Below, piece by piece: positions 46,198 to 56,297 of a stretch of 64,000 nucleotides of DNA (its first letter is position 1; the number at the start of each line of letters is the position of its first letter). The stretch is from Thaumasiovibrio occultus (GTDB taxonomy: Bacteria > Pseudomonadota > Gammaproteobacteria > Enterobacterales > Vibrionaceae): the NCBI GenBank assembly GCA_019703815.1, contig AP023053.1, positions 46,995 through 110,994 on the forward strand. Direction: 5' to 3'. A model generated the notes under the pieces. The model was given only the letters and a program-made list of their open reading frames with translations, ran no database searches and was not told where the DNA came from. Made by a program: the position numbers and the translations under genes.

Positions 46198-47562
46198 ATG
46201 TCGAATCAAATAGAACATCTAGAGCTGATCGCTGATCACATCGAACAACATATTGGTGGCCTGGACAACGTGGCGACCTTGACCAACTGTATGACTCGCG
46301 TGCGTTTGGTGGTCAAAAACCGCTCGTTGTTTGATATGGAAGCGCTGCGTGGCTACGACGAAATCAAAGGCGTGGTTGATGCTGGCGAGCAGTTCCAAAT
46401 CATCGTTGGTATGGGCACCGCAGCCAAAGTGGCGGGCGTGCTGAACAAGCGAATGAAAAAAGGCAATATGGCAACGGACGCGCCTGTTACAACGGAAAAA
46501 CAACCTTTCTCTGTCCGTAAAATGTTTAATACTTTAGCGGCGATTTTTGTCCCGACGATCCCGGCGTTGATCGGCTGTGGCTTGGTGCTGGGCTTGGTGA
46601 ATATCTTCAACTTGGTGTCGCCAGATCTGGTCAAAGCCAATCCAGAAATCTTCAACCTGTTCGGCGTTGTTGGTAAAGCGGTCTTTGCGGTGTTGTCGAT
46701 CATGATCGGCATGAACACGGCGAAAGAGTTGCAAGCCTCGCCAGCGATTGGTGCGGTGATGGCGGCCATTTTGGCATCGCCTGCCTTGGCCGGCATTGAG
46801 CTGTTTGGCAACAAATTGGTCCCTGGCGGCGGCGGTATGTTCGCGGTGCTGTTAGTGTGTGTGTTCTCGTCGAAATTCGAGTTGTGGTTCCGCAGCATCT
46901 GTAAAGAGAGCCTTGATCTGATCTTGACCCCAACGGTGACCATTTTGGTTTCGGCATCGGTCGCGCTGTTTATCATTCAACCTATCGCGCACACCGTGAA
47001 TATGTGGCTAGGCAACTTAGTCTCGATGGCATTGCTTAATGAGTCAGCAGGCTCTGTGGCGGTGGGCGGCGTACTTGGCGGTGGCTTCTTGTTCTTGCTA
47101 CTGACCGGTTTGCACCAAGGCTTGATCCCTATTCACGCCCAAATTTTGGAAACCTTTGGCTTGAACTACCTGTTCCCAATCCTTGCGATGGGCGGTATGG
47201 GCCAAGTAGGCGCGGCAGCGTACGTGTACTTGAAAACCAAGAATGAGCGCTTGAAGAAAACCATCACCGGGGCATTGCCGGTCGGTATCTTGGGTGTGGG
47301 TGAGCCGTTACTGTTTGGTGTGTCACTGCCGTTGGGTAAAACCTTCGTTGCGGGCTGTTGCGGTGGCTTTGTTGGTGGTGCGATGATGGCGGCGTTCAAA
47401 GTGGGTATCATTATCCCATTCGGTACGGCGGGCTTGTCATTGATCCCATTGGTGGGGCCGGGCCAAATCATGCCATTTTTGATGTCGGTGGCCGGCGCGT
47501 GGATCGCAGGCTTTATCGCTTCAATGCTGTTGGGCTTTACAGACCCAGTAGAAAAAGCGTAA
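46198..47562 (+). CDS. murP: PTS N-acetylmuramic acid-specific EIIBC component
   Basis: N-terminal EIIB Cys motif NCMTRVRL. C-terminal glucose-family EIIC membrane domain. 2 nt after murQ. Confidence 0.8.
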   Translation: MSNQIEHLELIADHIEQHIGGLDNVATLTNCMTRVRLVVKNRSLFDMEALRGYDEIKGVVDAGEQFQIIVGMGTAAKVAGVLNKRMKKGNMATDAPVTTEKQPFSVRKMFNTLAAIFVPTIPALIGCGLVLGLVNIFNLVSPDLVKANPEIFNLFGVVGKAVFAVLSIMIGMNTAKELQASPAIGAVMAAILASPALAGIELFGNKLVPGGGGMFAVLLVCVFSSKFELWFRSICKESLDLILTPTVTILVSASVALFIIQPIAHTVNMWLGNLVSMALLNESAGSVAVGGVLGGGFLFLLLTGLHQGLIPIHAQILETFGLNYLFPILAMGGMGQVGAAAYVYLKTKNERLKKTITGALPVGILGVGEPLLFGVSLPLGKTFVAGCCGGFVGGAMMAAFKVGIIIPFGTAGLSLIPLVGPGQIMPFLMSVAGAWIAGFIASMLLGFTDPVEKA

Positions 47563-47641
47563 TAAGTAACTAGCGATAACAACAACCTTCGCCTCGGTTA
47601 TCCGGGGCGAAGTCGTACAAGGAAAGAGGTTCATACTGTCG

Positions 47642-48487
47642 ATGAGCGGTATTGTTAATAAAATCAAAGCCCTTTTGCAAAATGGCAACCCAAACGAGCA
47701 AAAGATCTCGCAGTATGTGATTGACCATCACTTTGATCTGTCGAAGTTAAGTGCCACCAAATTGGGCGCGGAGCTGGGCATGAGTGATTCATCGGTGATC
47801 CGCTATGCCAAGTTATTGGGCTGTAGTGGCTTTCCCGATCTCAAACTGCAGTTGGCCGCACAAGCCGCGCAATTGCCTGAAAACGATGAAAAAGAGATCT
47901 ACCACGGCATCGCTGCCAGCGATTCCACTGCGCAAATCATTGAAAAGTCGAAAGCGCTGTTTACCAGCAAAATCGAGCAGTCTATTAGCTTGATTGATGC
48001 CGACACCATTGAGCAGTGCGCGACCTTGTTGTTGGCGGCCAATAAAGTGGTGCTAACTGGTATTGGCGCATCGGCGCTGGTGGCATCCGATATTAACCAC
48101 AAGCTGATCCGCGCCGGTTTGAACATTCATTTTAACCCGGATTATCACACCCAGATCGTGCAGGCCTCGCTGTTAGCGCCTGGCGATGTGTTGATTGTGG
48201 TGTCTGCCCGCGGTAACACCCCAGAAGTGCTGTTCGCAATGGAAAAAGCCCGTGACGCTGGCGCAAAGGTGATGGCAATCACCCGCTTTGGCAAAGACAA
48301 AGTCGCGCAGTTGGCGGACTTTGTGATCCCTTATAGTAACAGTGAAGAGCATGCCCAGCTTGGTATGGTGACATCTCAGCTGTTGATGATGATTTCGTTT
48401 GACGTATTGTTTTTCAAGCTCAACACCTTGATTGATTCGAGCAGTATGAGCAAAGCGCTCAATTCGATTCGTACTATCCAAAACTGA
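47642..48487 (+). CDS. murR: RpiR/MurR family transcriptional regulator (HTH plus SIS domain)
   Basis: N-terminal HTH_6 (SATKLGAELGMSDSSVIRYAKLLGCSGF). C-terminal SIS fold. Adjacent to murQP. Confidence 0.75.
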   Translation: MSGIVNKIKALLQNGNPNEQKISQYVIDHHFDLSKLSATKLGAELGMSDSSVIRYAKLLGCSGFPDLKLQLAAQAAQLPENDEKEIYHGIAASDSTAQIIEKSKALFTSKIEQSISLIDADTIEQCATLLLAANKVVLTGIGASALVASDINHKLIRAGLNIHFNPDYHTQIVQASLLAPGDVLIVVSARGNTPEVLFAMEKARDAGAKVMAITRFGKDKVAQLADFVIPYSNSEEHAQLGMVTSQLLMMISFDVLFFKLNTLIDSSSMSKALNSIRTIQN

Positions 48488-48820
48488 TCTCTTCTGCACT
48501 GACGTTATTCTGCGTTGTCTTTATTGCGTACATTCACTTGAGGTTTTTCGCCCTTGAGTGAGTGTCATTTTTGGCACTTTTTACTGGCGAGATCGCTTCT
48601 CGCAGAGCTATTTTCAACGTCGAATGAAAACGCATTATTTCTATTGCATCGATGTTGTGACATGGGTTTAAAACGGCGGATGTTTTGTCTGGATCTCGGT
48701 TATTCGCGGCTTTTTATCAAAGCATTCGCTGCCCATTGGCTTACAATCTAGCCTCAACTGGAAAACGCCTGTAGTTTCTGGAATACTTCTCCGAGTTGCA
48801 TATTCAAAAGGATAGGAATA

Positions 48821-49282
48821 GTGATCAAACGTGTGCTTGCCGGCTTATTGCTTTGTACCTCTGGTACAGTTGTCGCGGAACAATACCAAGTGTTAGGGAT
48901 TTACCCTTGGTCTGATGGCGGTGCATTGTCAATGTATCAAGACGGGCAAGGTCAGTTGATCAGCATGGAAGTCTCTTTCAATCTGCGCGAGAACGAGCGC
49001 GGCAACACCACCATGTTGTTTAACTACATGCATCCTCAATTTTCGGAATCGGATCGCTGTGGGTTTGGTCAAGGCGCGTATCCTAAAACCGCGTTAATTG
49101 ACGGCCAAACCGTTAACGGCAACTCGTACTGTGTCTCGGGTAACGCGATGACGTTTGTGCCGACGCAAGACGATATCGGCTATGTGGTGGAGCGTTTCAG
49201 CCTGCCAAATCACCGTGTGTACGTGAACTTTGCCGGCGCCGCATTCCAGATCACCACTGAAGGCTTTGAGCAGCAAGGCTAA
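48821..49282 (+). CDS. secreted hypothetical protein
   Basis: MIKRVLAGLLLCTSGTVVA signal peptide. 153 aa. Confidence 0.5.
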   Translation: MIKRVLAGLLLCTSGTVVAEQYQVLGIYPWSDGGALSMYQDGQGQLISMEVSFNLRENERGNTTMLFNYMHPQFSESDRCGFGQGAYPKTALIDGQTVNGNSYCVSGNAMTFVPTQDDIGYVVERFSLPNHRVYVNFAGAAFQITTEGFEQQG

Positions 49283-49316
49283 TTGCTATTAAGCAAGAAT
49301 TTCTGTTAGGCCATCT

Positions 49317-49817
49317 TTGTCGATGGCCTTTTGTTTTTCTGACGCTTTGGCAGGATGTTGGAAGCTACGACGCAGTGCGGTGTCGCTGATCTGTTTTATT
49401 ATGGCGATGGGTGATGGGCGATTTACCGCGTGCAATGTGCAAAGGGCTTCTCGGTTTAGCAGAGACAGTGAATTTATGAATAACGCAATGACACCAAACG
49501 ATCTCCTGCGCCGCTGGGCGCCACTATTAGCGCACCACCTTCAGCGCGATGAAGCGAGTATTCGCGACAACGGACTGAGTAGCAGCGACTTTGATGGCGC
49601 GGCGATTGAGATGAAGTTCGAAGACGGCTCCTATTGCCGATTCCAATATGCCTTTGCGGTGGTGAATGAAACCACGTTTGAAGTCGCGGTGTTTACCGAG
49701 CACTGTGGCTATCACGTCTTTTCGAGTGATGGCGTCAGCGTGTATCGCTGTGAAGAGAGTGCAAGCAACGCAGGCATTGAGAAAACAGTTATTTTAGCGT
49801 GCGAATGGGTCGATTAG
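49317..49817 (+). CDS. hypothetical protein (start uncertain)
   Basis: ORF of 166 codons. Likely shorter product from internal ATG 49401 or 49476. No motif. Confidence 0.35.
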   Translation: MSMAFCFSDALAGCWKLRRSAVSLICFIMAMGDGRFTACNVQRASRFSRDSEFMNNAMTPNDLLRRWAPLLAHHLQRDEASIRDNGLSSSDFDGAAIEMKFEDGSYCRFQYAFAVVNETTFEVAVFTEHCGYHVFSSDGVSVYRCEESASNAGIEKTVILACEWVD

Positions 49818-49872
49818 CGCACGTTGTTGGCGCTAGGGTTTAGAGTTCCAAAAAAGAGATGGAAGGACACCA

Positions 49873-50253
49873 ATGAGAGTGGCAATTTGGCTATGTGGAC
49901 TGGCGTTACCCGCAACGCTATGGGCAGGAGAAAGCCTTGTATTACCGCAAGCCGCGCTAGGGCGCTGGTCGCCCACACTGGAGCAGTGTGCGGTGCCGTT
50001 TGGCGAAAGCCGAGGCGGGATCTCAACCGAAGACAATATGAACCTCACCCCTGAGGAGATTGAATTTTGGGAAAGCGCGGGGCAATACCGCGTGATGAAT
50101 ATTGAAGATCGCACCTTTGCCTTATTACTGCGGATGACCGGTGAAGGGCAAAGCTGGACAGAGCATCAAGTCTTAGTGCTGAGCGAGGATGGTCAGCAAC
50201 TCACTCGCCGCTCCGGTAGCATTGAAGTTGATTATTTGCGTTGTGGTGAGTAA
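49873..50253 (+). CDS. secreted hypothetical protein
   Basis: MRVAIWLCGLALPATLWAG signal peptide. 126 aa. Confidence 0.45.
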   Translation: MRVAIWLCGLALPATLWAGESLVLPQAALGRWSPTLEQCAVPFGESRGGISTEDNMNLTPEEIEFWESAGQYRVMNIEDRTFALLLRMTGEGQSWTEHQVLVLSEDGQQLTRRSGSIEVDYLRCGE

Positions 50254-50285
50254 CAGCGAATTGACACACTTGGCCGTCATAAAAA

Positions 50286-50310
50286 AAGAGTGGTGAAGAA
50301 CACCACTCTT
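50286..50310. terminator. bidirectional rho-independent terminator
   Basis: GAGTGGTG-AAGAA-CACCACTC hairpin flanked by AAAAAAA and TTTTTTGTTGG. Between convergent genes. Confidence 0.8.
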
Positions 50311-50353
50311 TTTTGTTGGCCGGAATTCGCCGCGCTTAGCGGCGATGATGGGG

Positions 50354-51757
50354 CTAGTAAGCGAATATCTTTTCGATGTTCGGATACGCGGCGTATTGGA
50401 TTTTTTGGATCATTTTAAACCGCATCGTTGACAGGGTATCGCTGTATTCAGTCTTGCCAATGACATTGGTGATCTCATTGGGATCGGCATTGAGATCGAA
50501 CAGCATTTCTTTTCCAGCGCTATCGCAGTAGTAACGATAGTTTTCATCCCTGATCGAGATTTGGCGCAGACCATGCGGTTCAAATTGCTCGGTGAGGATC
50601 ACGCTCTTGTGCTCTGTGGTTTGATCAAGCATCAAAGGAAGCAGTGATGTTCCTTGCACGTCGCGAGGTAGCGGAATGCCTGCCAGATCGAGCATGGTCG
50701 GCAACCAGTCGACACTTTCCACCAACTGCGGGTACGCTTGGCTACGCAGTTTTTTCGGATAGTGGATGATAAACGGCACATTAGTGATCACATCTTCGCC
50801 CGGCATGCCCTTTTGAACACGACCATGATCCCCGATGTATTCACCGTGATCAGAGACGTACACAATGATGGTATCGTCATACTTGCCGGTTTCTTTCAGC
50901 GTCGTAATGAGCTGACCCACACAGTCATCAACATGGCTGACCAAGGCCATGTAGTAGCGACGGATCTCTTGCCATTGTGGATCTGAAATTCCTTTGAGCT
51001 TTTCCATGACTTGCTCGTCGTCACCCACGACAGGAATCGTCATATCTTCGGCTTTGTACAAGTCGAGGAATCGCTGCGGAGGATTGACCGGAGCATGAGG
51101 CGCATAGTAGCCCGCAATACAGAAAAACGGGTTGCTGTCATTCTGATGGCGCTCAAGAAAGTCTTTGGTTAACTCTGTCACGTAGCCTGAGTGGGTCAGG
51201 TGCTCCTCGGCTTCGAAGATAAACGGCGTTTCAGGATCGCGTTTGCGATCACTGTACTCGGGTTTACCAAAGCGCTTGGCCTGCGAAGGCAAGCCAGTAC
51301 GCACTTCATTCAAGCTCTCAGGGGCAACGCTCTCGACCCACTTAGAATACGGGTCATCATAGCAACCCGGCTCATCTGAGATCACGCGCTCGTCAAAGCC
51401 GTAGTCTGGGTGGTGCTCGCAGTGATCACGAAACGAATGCGGCAGAAAATGGAGCTTACCAAAGTTCGCTGTTTTATAACCATACGGTTTCAAGCGATGC
51501 TGAATGGTGAGCAAATCTTCCGGCACGACAGGGCCATTGGTGCCAACGCCGTGGGAGCTACAGTAACGCCCAGTCAGTAATGAAACGCGGCTCGGCGTAC
51601 AGATAGGGCTTTGGGTAAAGAACTTGTCGAACTTCGCCCCTTGGTTAGCCAGCATATCAATGTTTGGGGTTACGGCAATATTATTGCCGTAACAACCTAA
51701 GGAGTCTTTACGTTGCTGATCGGTAAAGATGAGCAAGATATTAGGACGGTTAATCAT
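50354..51757 (-). CDS. cytoplasmic Cys-type (formylglycine) sulfatase
   Basis: LLIFTDQQR start with no signal peptide. Signature SPICTPSRVSLLTGRY (C-x-P-x-R). GxxKxH region (NFGKLH). 467 aa. Confidence 0.85.
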   Translation of the reverse strand: MINRPNILLIFTDQQRKDSLGCYGNNIAVTPNIDMLANQGAKFDKFFTQSPICTPSRVSLLTGRYCSSHGVGTNGPVVPEDLLTIQHRLKPYGYKTANFGKLHFLPHSFRDHCEHHPDYGFDERVISDEPGCYDDPYSKWVESVAPESLNEVRTGLPSQAKRFGKPEYSDRKRDPETPFIFEAEEHLTHSGYVTELTKDFLERHQNDSNPFFCIAGYYAPHAPVNPPQRFLDLYKAEDMTIPVVGDDEQVMEKLKGISDPQWQEIRRYYMALVSHVDDCVGQLITTLKETGKYDDTIIVYVSDHGEYIGDHGRVQKGMPGEDVITNVPFIIHYPKKLRSQAYPQLVESVDWLPTMLDLAGIPLPRDVQGTSLLPLMLDQTTEHKSVILTEQFEPHGLRQISIRDENYRYYCDSAGKEMLFDLNADPNEITNVIGKTEYSDTLSTMRFKMIQKIQYAAYPNIEKIFAY

Positions 51758-51766
51758 GATATCTCC

Positions 51767-53098
51767 CTACGCTTTACTTTCAGATGCCGCGATATTGGCG
51801 TTCAGCGTTGGTGCTTCTTCTTTTGCATCAATTAGTTCACCCGGCTCTGCCACTTTGTTGGCGTAGCGGATGAAGGGTAGATACACCATCACACCAATCG
51901 CGAGTCCGCCAAGTGCTACCAGGCCAGCTTGCCATGAGCCACCTGACGCTAAGAATGCACCAAAGCCTACCGGTGTCGTCCAAGGAACCACAATGCCCAG
52001 CGGCGGCACGAAGCCAATAAATGTCATGAATGCGGCAAAGCCCAGCATTAATGTCGGTGCCAGGACGAAGGGAATCGCGAGCAGCGGGTTAAGAATGATT
52101 GGAAGGCCAAATACCGCCGTTTCACAAATGTTGAAAATACATGGGACAATCGCAATCTTCGCCACTGTGCGGTAGTGAGCACGACGTGATGCAATCAAGA
52201 TAGCAATCACTAGCGCAAGAGATGCACCAGCACCACCGACGTTGGCGTACAAGTCGTACGATAGCCACGTGACATCATGCGGGAGATCCCACATCGACAT
52301 GCCTTCAGCAACACCACGCAGGTTGTCATCTTGCATTGGGCCAAACAATAGCGAACGCACGCCGCCAAGGACCGCGCCACCGTGGATCCCGAATAGCCAT
52401 AGCGTGTTCTGGATGATGTCGAGGGTTAAAATGCCCCAAACGTTGCCTGCCACATTCGATAGCGGCGCTTGGATCAGCAGGGTGATCATATCTGGCATTG
52501 AGGTGCTGAACATTGAGAATGCACCAGAGAGCGCGGCAAACGAGGATAAGGTTAACGTTGCAGGCAATAGCTCTGCGAATGATTTGGCGACCGCCGGGGG
52601 TACTTGGTCCGGCATTTTAATTTTGAGTTTTTCGCTGTCCGTCAAGGCGTTGAAAAGGCGTGTCGCCATGATAGCAATGAGCACCGCTGAAAACAGACCG
52701 CGTGAACTGGTGTAGTTCATTGAAAAGTCTGGCGTCATGATGAAGAAAGCGGCCAATGAAACCAGTCCGGTACCGACAGGATCTTTGCCTTCTTTCATGG
52801 AAATCAATGAGGCCAATTTAAAGCAAGCAAACAGGGCGAACATGTTTAATGTGCCCTTTACCAACACTTGAGAGACGTCGTTGAGATAGGTCACCATCGC
52901 ATGCTCTTTACCGAGGAAAGCCGGTAAACCGAACATGTTATTGAGTGCCAATTGCGTAAACAGGATGAAAAACGATGCCGGCATAATGATAGGCAACGTA
53001 CTGATGAAGGTATCTCTGACAGAAGAGACGTATTTGTTATTGGCAAAGGCGTTGATCTTAGCGCCATGTTTATTGAACAGGTTTTCTAATATTTTCAT
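51767..53098 (-). CDS. PTS lactose/cellobiose-family EIIC permease
   Basis: 443 aa, about 10 TM. Family-typical N-terminus and conserved mid-protein segments. Ends 9 nt before sulfatase start (same operon). Confidence 0.85.
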   Translation of the reverse strand: MKILENLFNKHGAKINAFANNKYVSSVRDTFISTLPIIMPASFFILFTQLALNNMFGLPAFLGKEHAMVTYLNDVSQVLVKGTLNMFALFACFKLASLISMKEGKDPVGTGLVSLAAFFIMTPDFSMNYTSSRGLFSAVLIAIMATRLFNALTDSEKLKIKMPDQVPPAVAKSFAELLPATLTLSSFAALSGAFSMFSTSMPDMITLLIQAPLSNVAGNVWGILTLDIIQNTLWLFGIHGGAVLGGVRSLLFGPMQDDNLRGVAEGMSMWDLPHDVTWLSYDLYANVGGAGASLALVIAILIASRRAHYRTVAKIAIVPCIFNICETAVFGLPIILNPLLAIPFVLAPTLMLGFAAFMTFIGFVPPLGIVVPWTTPVGFGAFLASGGSWQAGLVALGGLAIGVMVYLPFIRYANKVAEPGELIDAKEEAPTLNANIAASESKA

Positions 53099-53312
53099 AG
53101 TTTCACTTCACGCTAAAAGAATGTGAGATACAGCAGGGAGGATGTTAGATCATCGAAATGAAAACAATGAAACACTTTTTCATTGAGTTTCATTAAATGT
53201 GATCCAATACAGAAACTGGGACGGTTTTGGGTATTATTCCCGCGTGATGGCGATGATTAAAAAGAAGCGCTTCGCCGCTCGCGCGGCGAAAAGACAGAGA
53301 AAGATGAAAGGG

Positions 53313-54377
53313 TTAGTTCTTACGATGCAGGCTGCGTGGCAACACGTCGTTGTCGGTGTGCGGGCAGTATTTTGCGACTGATTCACGGATCACCAACTTA
53401 CCCGTTAGGCGTTTTACTTCGGAGTCATGCGTTTCATCAGCCGACTCTGCGCGGGTAATACAGATATCAATGATTTCCTCAACCATTGAGGAGAGCGGCA
53501 TTTCAACCGTGGTAAGGCGTGGGAAGGTGTACTGGGCAAGCTCAGAGCCTTCTAAGCTGATCACCGAGACATTTTTAGGAATTTCATAGCCAAATTGACG
53601 CAAGGTTGCCATGACCTCTGCGGCCATTTGATCTGTCGCGGTGATCACCGCGCTAAAGTCACCAATAAACCCGGACAACTCCGTGGCGGCTGCGGCCCCA
53701 TCTTCAATATTCTCGATAATCAACTGCGCATTGAATGGCATGGAGCGTCGCTGGTGGCCGTGTTTAAAGCCTTCGATGTAAGAAATTGATTGTGAGCCCG
53801 AGCCGGAGATCAGTGCAATCTCGGTATGCTTGTGCGCCATTAGAAAATTGCACGCTGACGCACACGCCGCAGCATGATCATAGCCGAAGGCGAATTGGCT
53901 CAACTCTTCTTTCGCACTGAACGAGAGAATACGTTGGCTGTCGACGTCAAAATCTTGGATGTCACTGGCTTTCAGCATGGGATCAATCAGCACAATGGTT
54001 TCACAACCGCTGCCTAAAAGCACTGAAAGATAAGACTTTTCCTGAAATGCGTTATTGCAACTGTTGAACAGTTGTAGCTGTAGCCCTTTGGAGTGGGCGT
54101 ATTGCTGCGCCGTGTTGTAAAACTGGCCAAAGCTGAGTGACGACATCTGAGAAACAATCATCCCGAGGGTTCCCGGTTTGACGGCGGCCGTGCTGGTGGC
54201 ATGTGCCCGATCAGATAGCAATGCACTGGTTTGCTCAGGGTTATAGCCAAGTGAACGCGCCGCTTTTAGGACGGCTTGGCGTGTTTCTTCTTTCACTTTG
54301 GCATTGCCACTGAATACGCGCGATACCGTCGCTTTCGAGACGTTTGCTAACGAAGAGACATCATTGATCGTGGTCAT
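53313..54377 (-). CDS. LacI family transcriptional regulator
   Basis: MTTINDVSSLANVSKATVSRVFSG HTH from ATG 54377 (AGGAAA SD). Periplasmic-binding-fold effector domain. Confidence 0.8.
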   Translation of the reverse strand: MTTINDVSSLANVSKATVSRVFSGNAKVKEETRQAVLKAARSLGYNPEQTSALLSDRAHATSTAAVKPGTLGMIVSQMSSLSFGQFYNTAQQYAHSKGLQLQLFNSCNNAFQEKSYLSVLLGSGCETIVLIDPMLKASDIQDFDVDSQRILSFSAKEELSQFAFGYDHAAACASACNFLMAHKHTEIALISGSGSQSISYIEGFKHGHQRRSMPFNAQLIIENIEDGAAAATELSGFIGDFSAVITATDQMAAEVMATLRQFGYEIPKNVSVISLEGSELAQYTFPRLTTVEMPLSSMVEEIIDICITRAESADETHDSEVKRLTGKLVIRESVAKYCPHTDNDVLPRSLHRKN

Positions 54378-54687
54378 ACTTTTCCTGTCATTAACCCGTT
54401 GATTGGCGCTGGGAGAGTTTCCTTCAGTGACCGTCTCTGAGGTTTCATGTTTTCGTGTTTGGTTTTTCATTAGTATATCAAATAAAGGAAACTAAGGAGA
54501 AGTCAATAATATGTAAAATAACAATAACATATAGTTCAACAGCTTGTATATGACACGGCTCATCACCGACTTGAACGCATAAATAGTGTGCCTAACATCT
54601 CAAATTACACCAAAACCGCTCATTGTTTTCAAATGTTTTCACTATCCTGAAATTAATGAAACAAACATTCAAGCCATAGGAAACGTT

Positions 54688-54984
54688 ATGTACAAGATTA
54701 TGCTGTGCTGCTCTGCAGGTATGTCGACCAGTATGTTGGTTCGTAAGATGGAACAAGCGGCTGAAGCCAATAATATTTCAGCAACGATTGAGGCGCATGG
54801 CGCGGATCTGTTTGATCAAAAGCAAGGTGAATACGATGTCATTCTTCTGGGGCCGCAAGTGGGCTACATGAAGGAAAGCTTGGCGGCGCGTGCAGAAGGT
54901 AAACCGGTAGAGGTCATCAACCCGATGGATTACGGCATGCAAAACGGTGAAAAAGTGCTGAACTGGGCGATCTCCCTGATCTAA
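54688..54984 (+). CDS. PTS lactose/cellobiose-family EIIB
   Basis: MYKIMLCCSAGMSTSMLV with phosphorylated Cys motif. 98 aa. AGGAAA SD. Confidence 0.8.
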   Translation: MYKIMLCCSAGMSTSMLVRKMEQAAEANNISATIEAHGADLFDQKQGEYDVILLGPQVGYMKESLAARAEGKPVEVINPMDYGMQNGEKVLNWAISLI

Positions 54985-54997
54985 CGAGGCGAACATT

Positions 54998-55312
54998 ATG
55001 AATCAAGTAGATCTCGAAGAATTGGTGATGGGCATCATCGTGAATGCTGGTATGGCACGCAGCCTGAGCATGGAAGCCCTTCACGCGGCCAAGAAAGGTA
55101 ACTTTGTTGAGGCGCAAGAAAAGCTGGATTTTGCACGCAGCGCAGCTAATGAAGCGCACGCGGTGCAAACAACGTTGATCGAACAAGATCAAGGCGAAGG
55201 CAAAGTCAAAATGACCTTGGTGCTAGTGCACGCGCAAGATCATCTGATGACGTCCATGCTATGCCGAGAATTGGTTGAGGAAATGATCCAGCTTTATAAG
55301 CGATTAGCGTAA
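54998..55312 (+). CDS. PTS lactose/cellobiose-family EIIA
   Basis: 104 aa helical protein. IVNAGMARSLSMEALHAAKKG...AHAVQTTLI (conserved His) typical of EIIA-Lac. Confidence 0.8.
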   Translation: MNQVDLEELVMGIIVNAGMARSLSMEALHAAKKGNFVEAQEKLDFARSAANEAHAVQTTLIEQDQGEGKVKMTLVLVHAQDHLMTSMLCRELVEEMIQLYKRLA

Positions 55313-55376
55313 CGAAATATCGGGGGCGCTGGCCCCTTTTCAACCTCTTCCATTTTCACCACTCGAGTAATCCAAC

Positions 55377-56297
55377 ATGAGAATCGGTTTTGATATCGGC
55401 GGCACAAAGATTGAAACACGTGTGCTGAACCAACAGGGTGCGGAAATGTTCCGAGCCCGCGTCGCGACGCCTCACGACTACGACACCTTTATTCAAACTA
55501 TCGCTGCACAAGTTAAAGAAGCAGAGCAAGCGGTGGGGGTGTCTTGCTCAATCGGGATCGGTTTACCGGGGGCGGTATGTCCTCATACGCAATTAATGAA
55601 AAACGCGAACTGTACGTTTCTCAACGGTCACGACTTACTGGCCGATCTGGCGCGTGAATTAGGTAAGGCGGTTTACATTGATAACGACGCCAATTGTTTT
55701 GCGTTATCTGAAGCGCGGGATGGTGCTGGCAAAGGTGGCAACGTGGTGTTTGGTGCCGTGCTCGGTACCGGGTGTGGTGGCGCATTGGTGGTCAATCAGC
55801 AGCTGATCACGGGTCGCAATGCGATTGCCGGGGAGTGGGGACACAATCCGTTGCCGGGTTATACACCGGAGATCGACGGACCGGCGCGCGCTTGCTACTG
55901 CGGCCGTGAAAACTGTATTGAAACGTTTATTTCCGGCACTGGGTTTAGCAAAGGCTTTAACCAACGTTTTGGTACCAGTTTGACGACGCCGCAGTTAATT
56001 GCGCAGGCCGAGGAAGGACAAATCAATGCCGTCCACGCCTATCGGTTGTTAGTCGATCAAGTAGCGCGCAGTGTGGCGAGCATTATCAACGTGGTGGATC
56101 CCGATACGTTCGTGATTGGCGGCGGGCTTTCCAACATCCCAGGGTTAATTGAGGCCGTTGAGAAAGAGACATATCGATACGTGTTCTCACCAGAAGCCAA
56201 AATTAGCGTGAAACAAGCGCAGTACGGTGATGCCAGTGGGGTGCGTGGTGCGGCGTGGTTAGCACCCTCGCCACAACCCTCAACCGAGACACGCTGA
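55377..56297 (+). CDS. ROK family sugar kinase, N-acetylglucosamine-kinase (NagK)-like
   Basis: MRIGFDIGGTKIE, DNDANCFALSEA, GEWGH, zinc motif CYCGRENCIE. Collinear with E. coli NagK. Confidence 0.75.
   Translation: MRIGFDIGGTKIETRVLNQQGAEMFRARVATPHDYDTFIQTIAAQVKEAEQAVGVSCSIGIGLPGAVCPHTQLMKNANCTFLNGHDLLADLARELGKAVYIDNDANCFALSEARDGAGKGGNVVFGAVLGTGCGGALVVNQQLITGRNAIAGEWGHNPLPGYTPEIDGPARACYCGRENCIETFISGTGFSKGFNQRFGTSLTTPQLIAQAEEGQINAVHAYRLLVDQVARSVASIINVVDPDTFVIGGGLSNIPGLIEAVEKETYRYVFSPEAKISVKQAQYGDASGVRGAAWLAPSPQPSTETR

Noticed and set aside
53199-53381. 60-aa ORF upstream of LacI-family gene
   Set aside because: Lies in the divergent promoter region. No SD. Sequence is Arg/Lys-rich low complexity.
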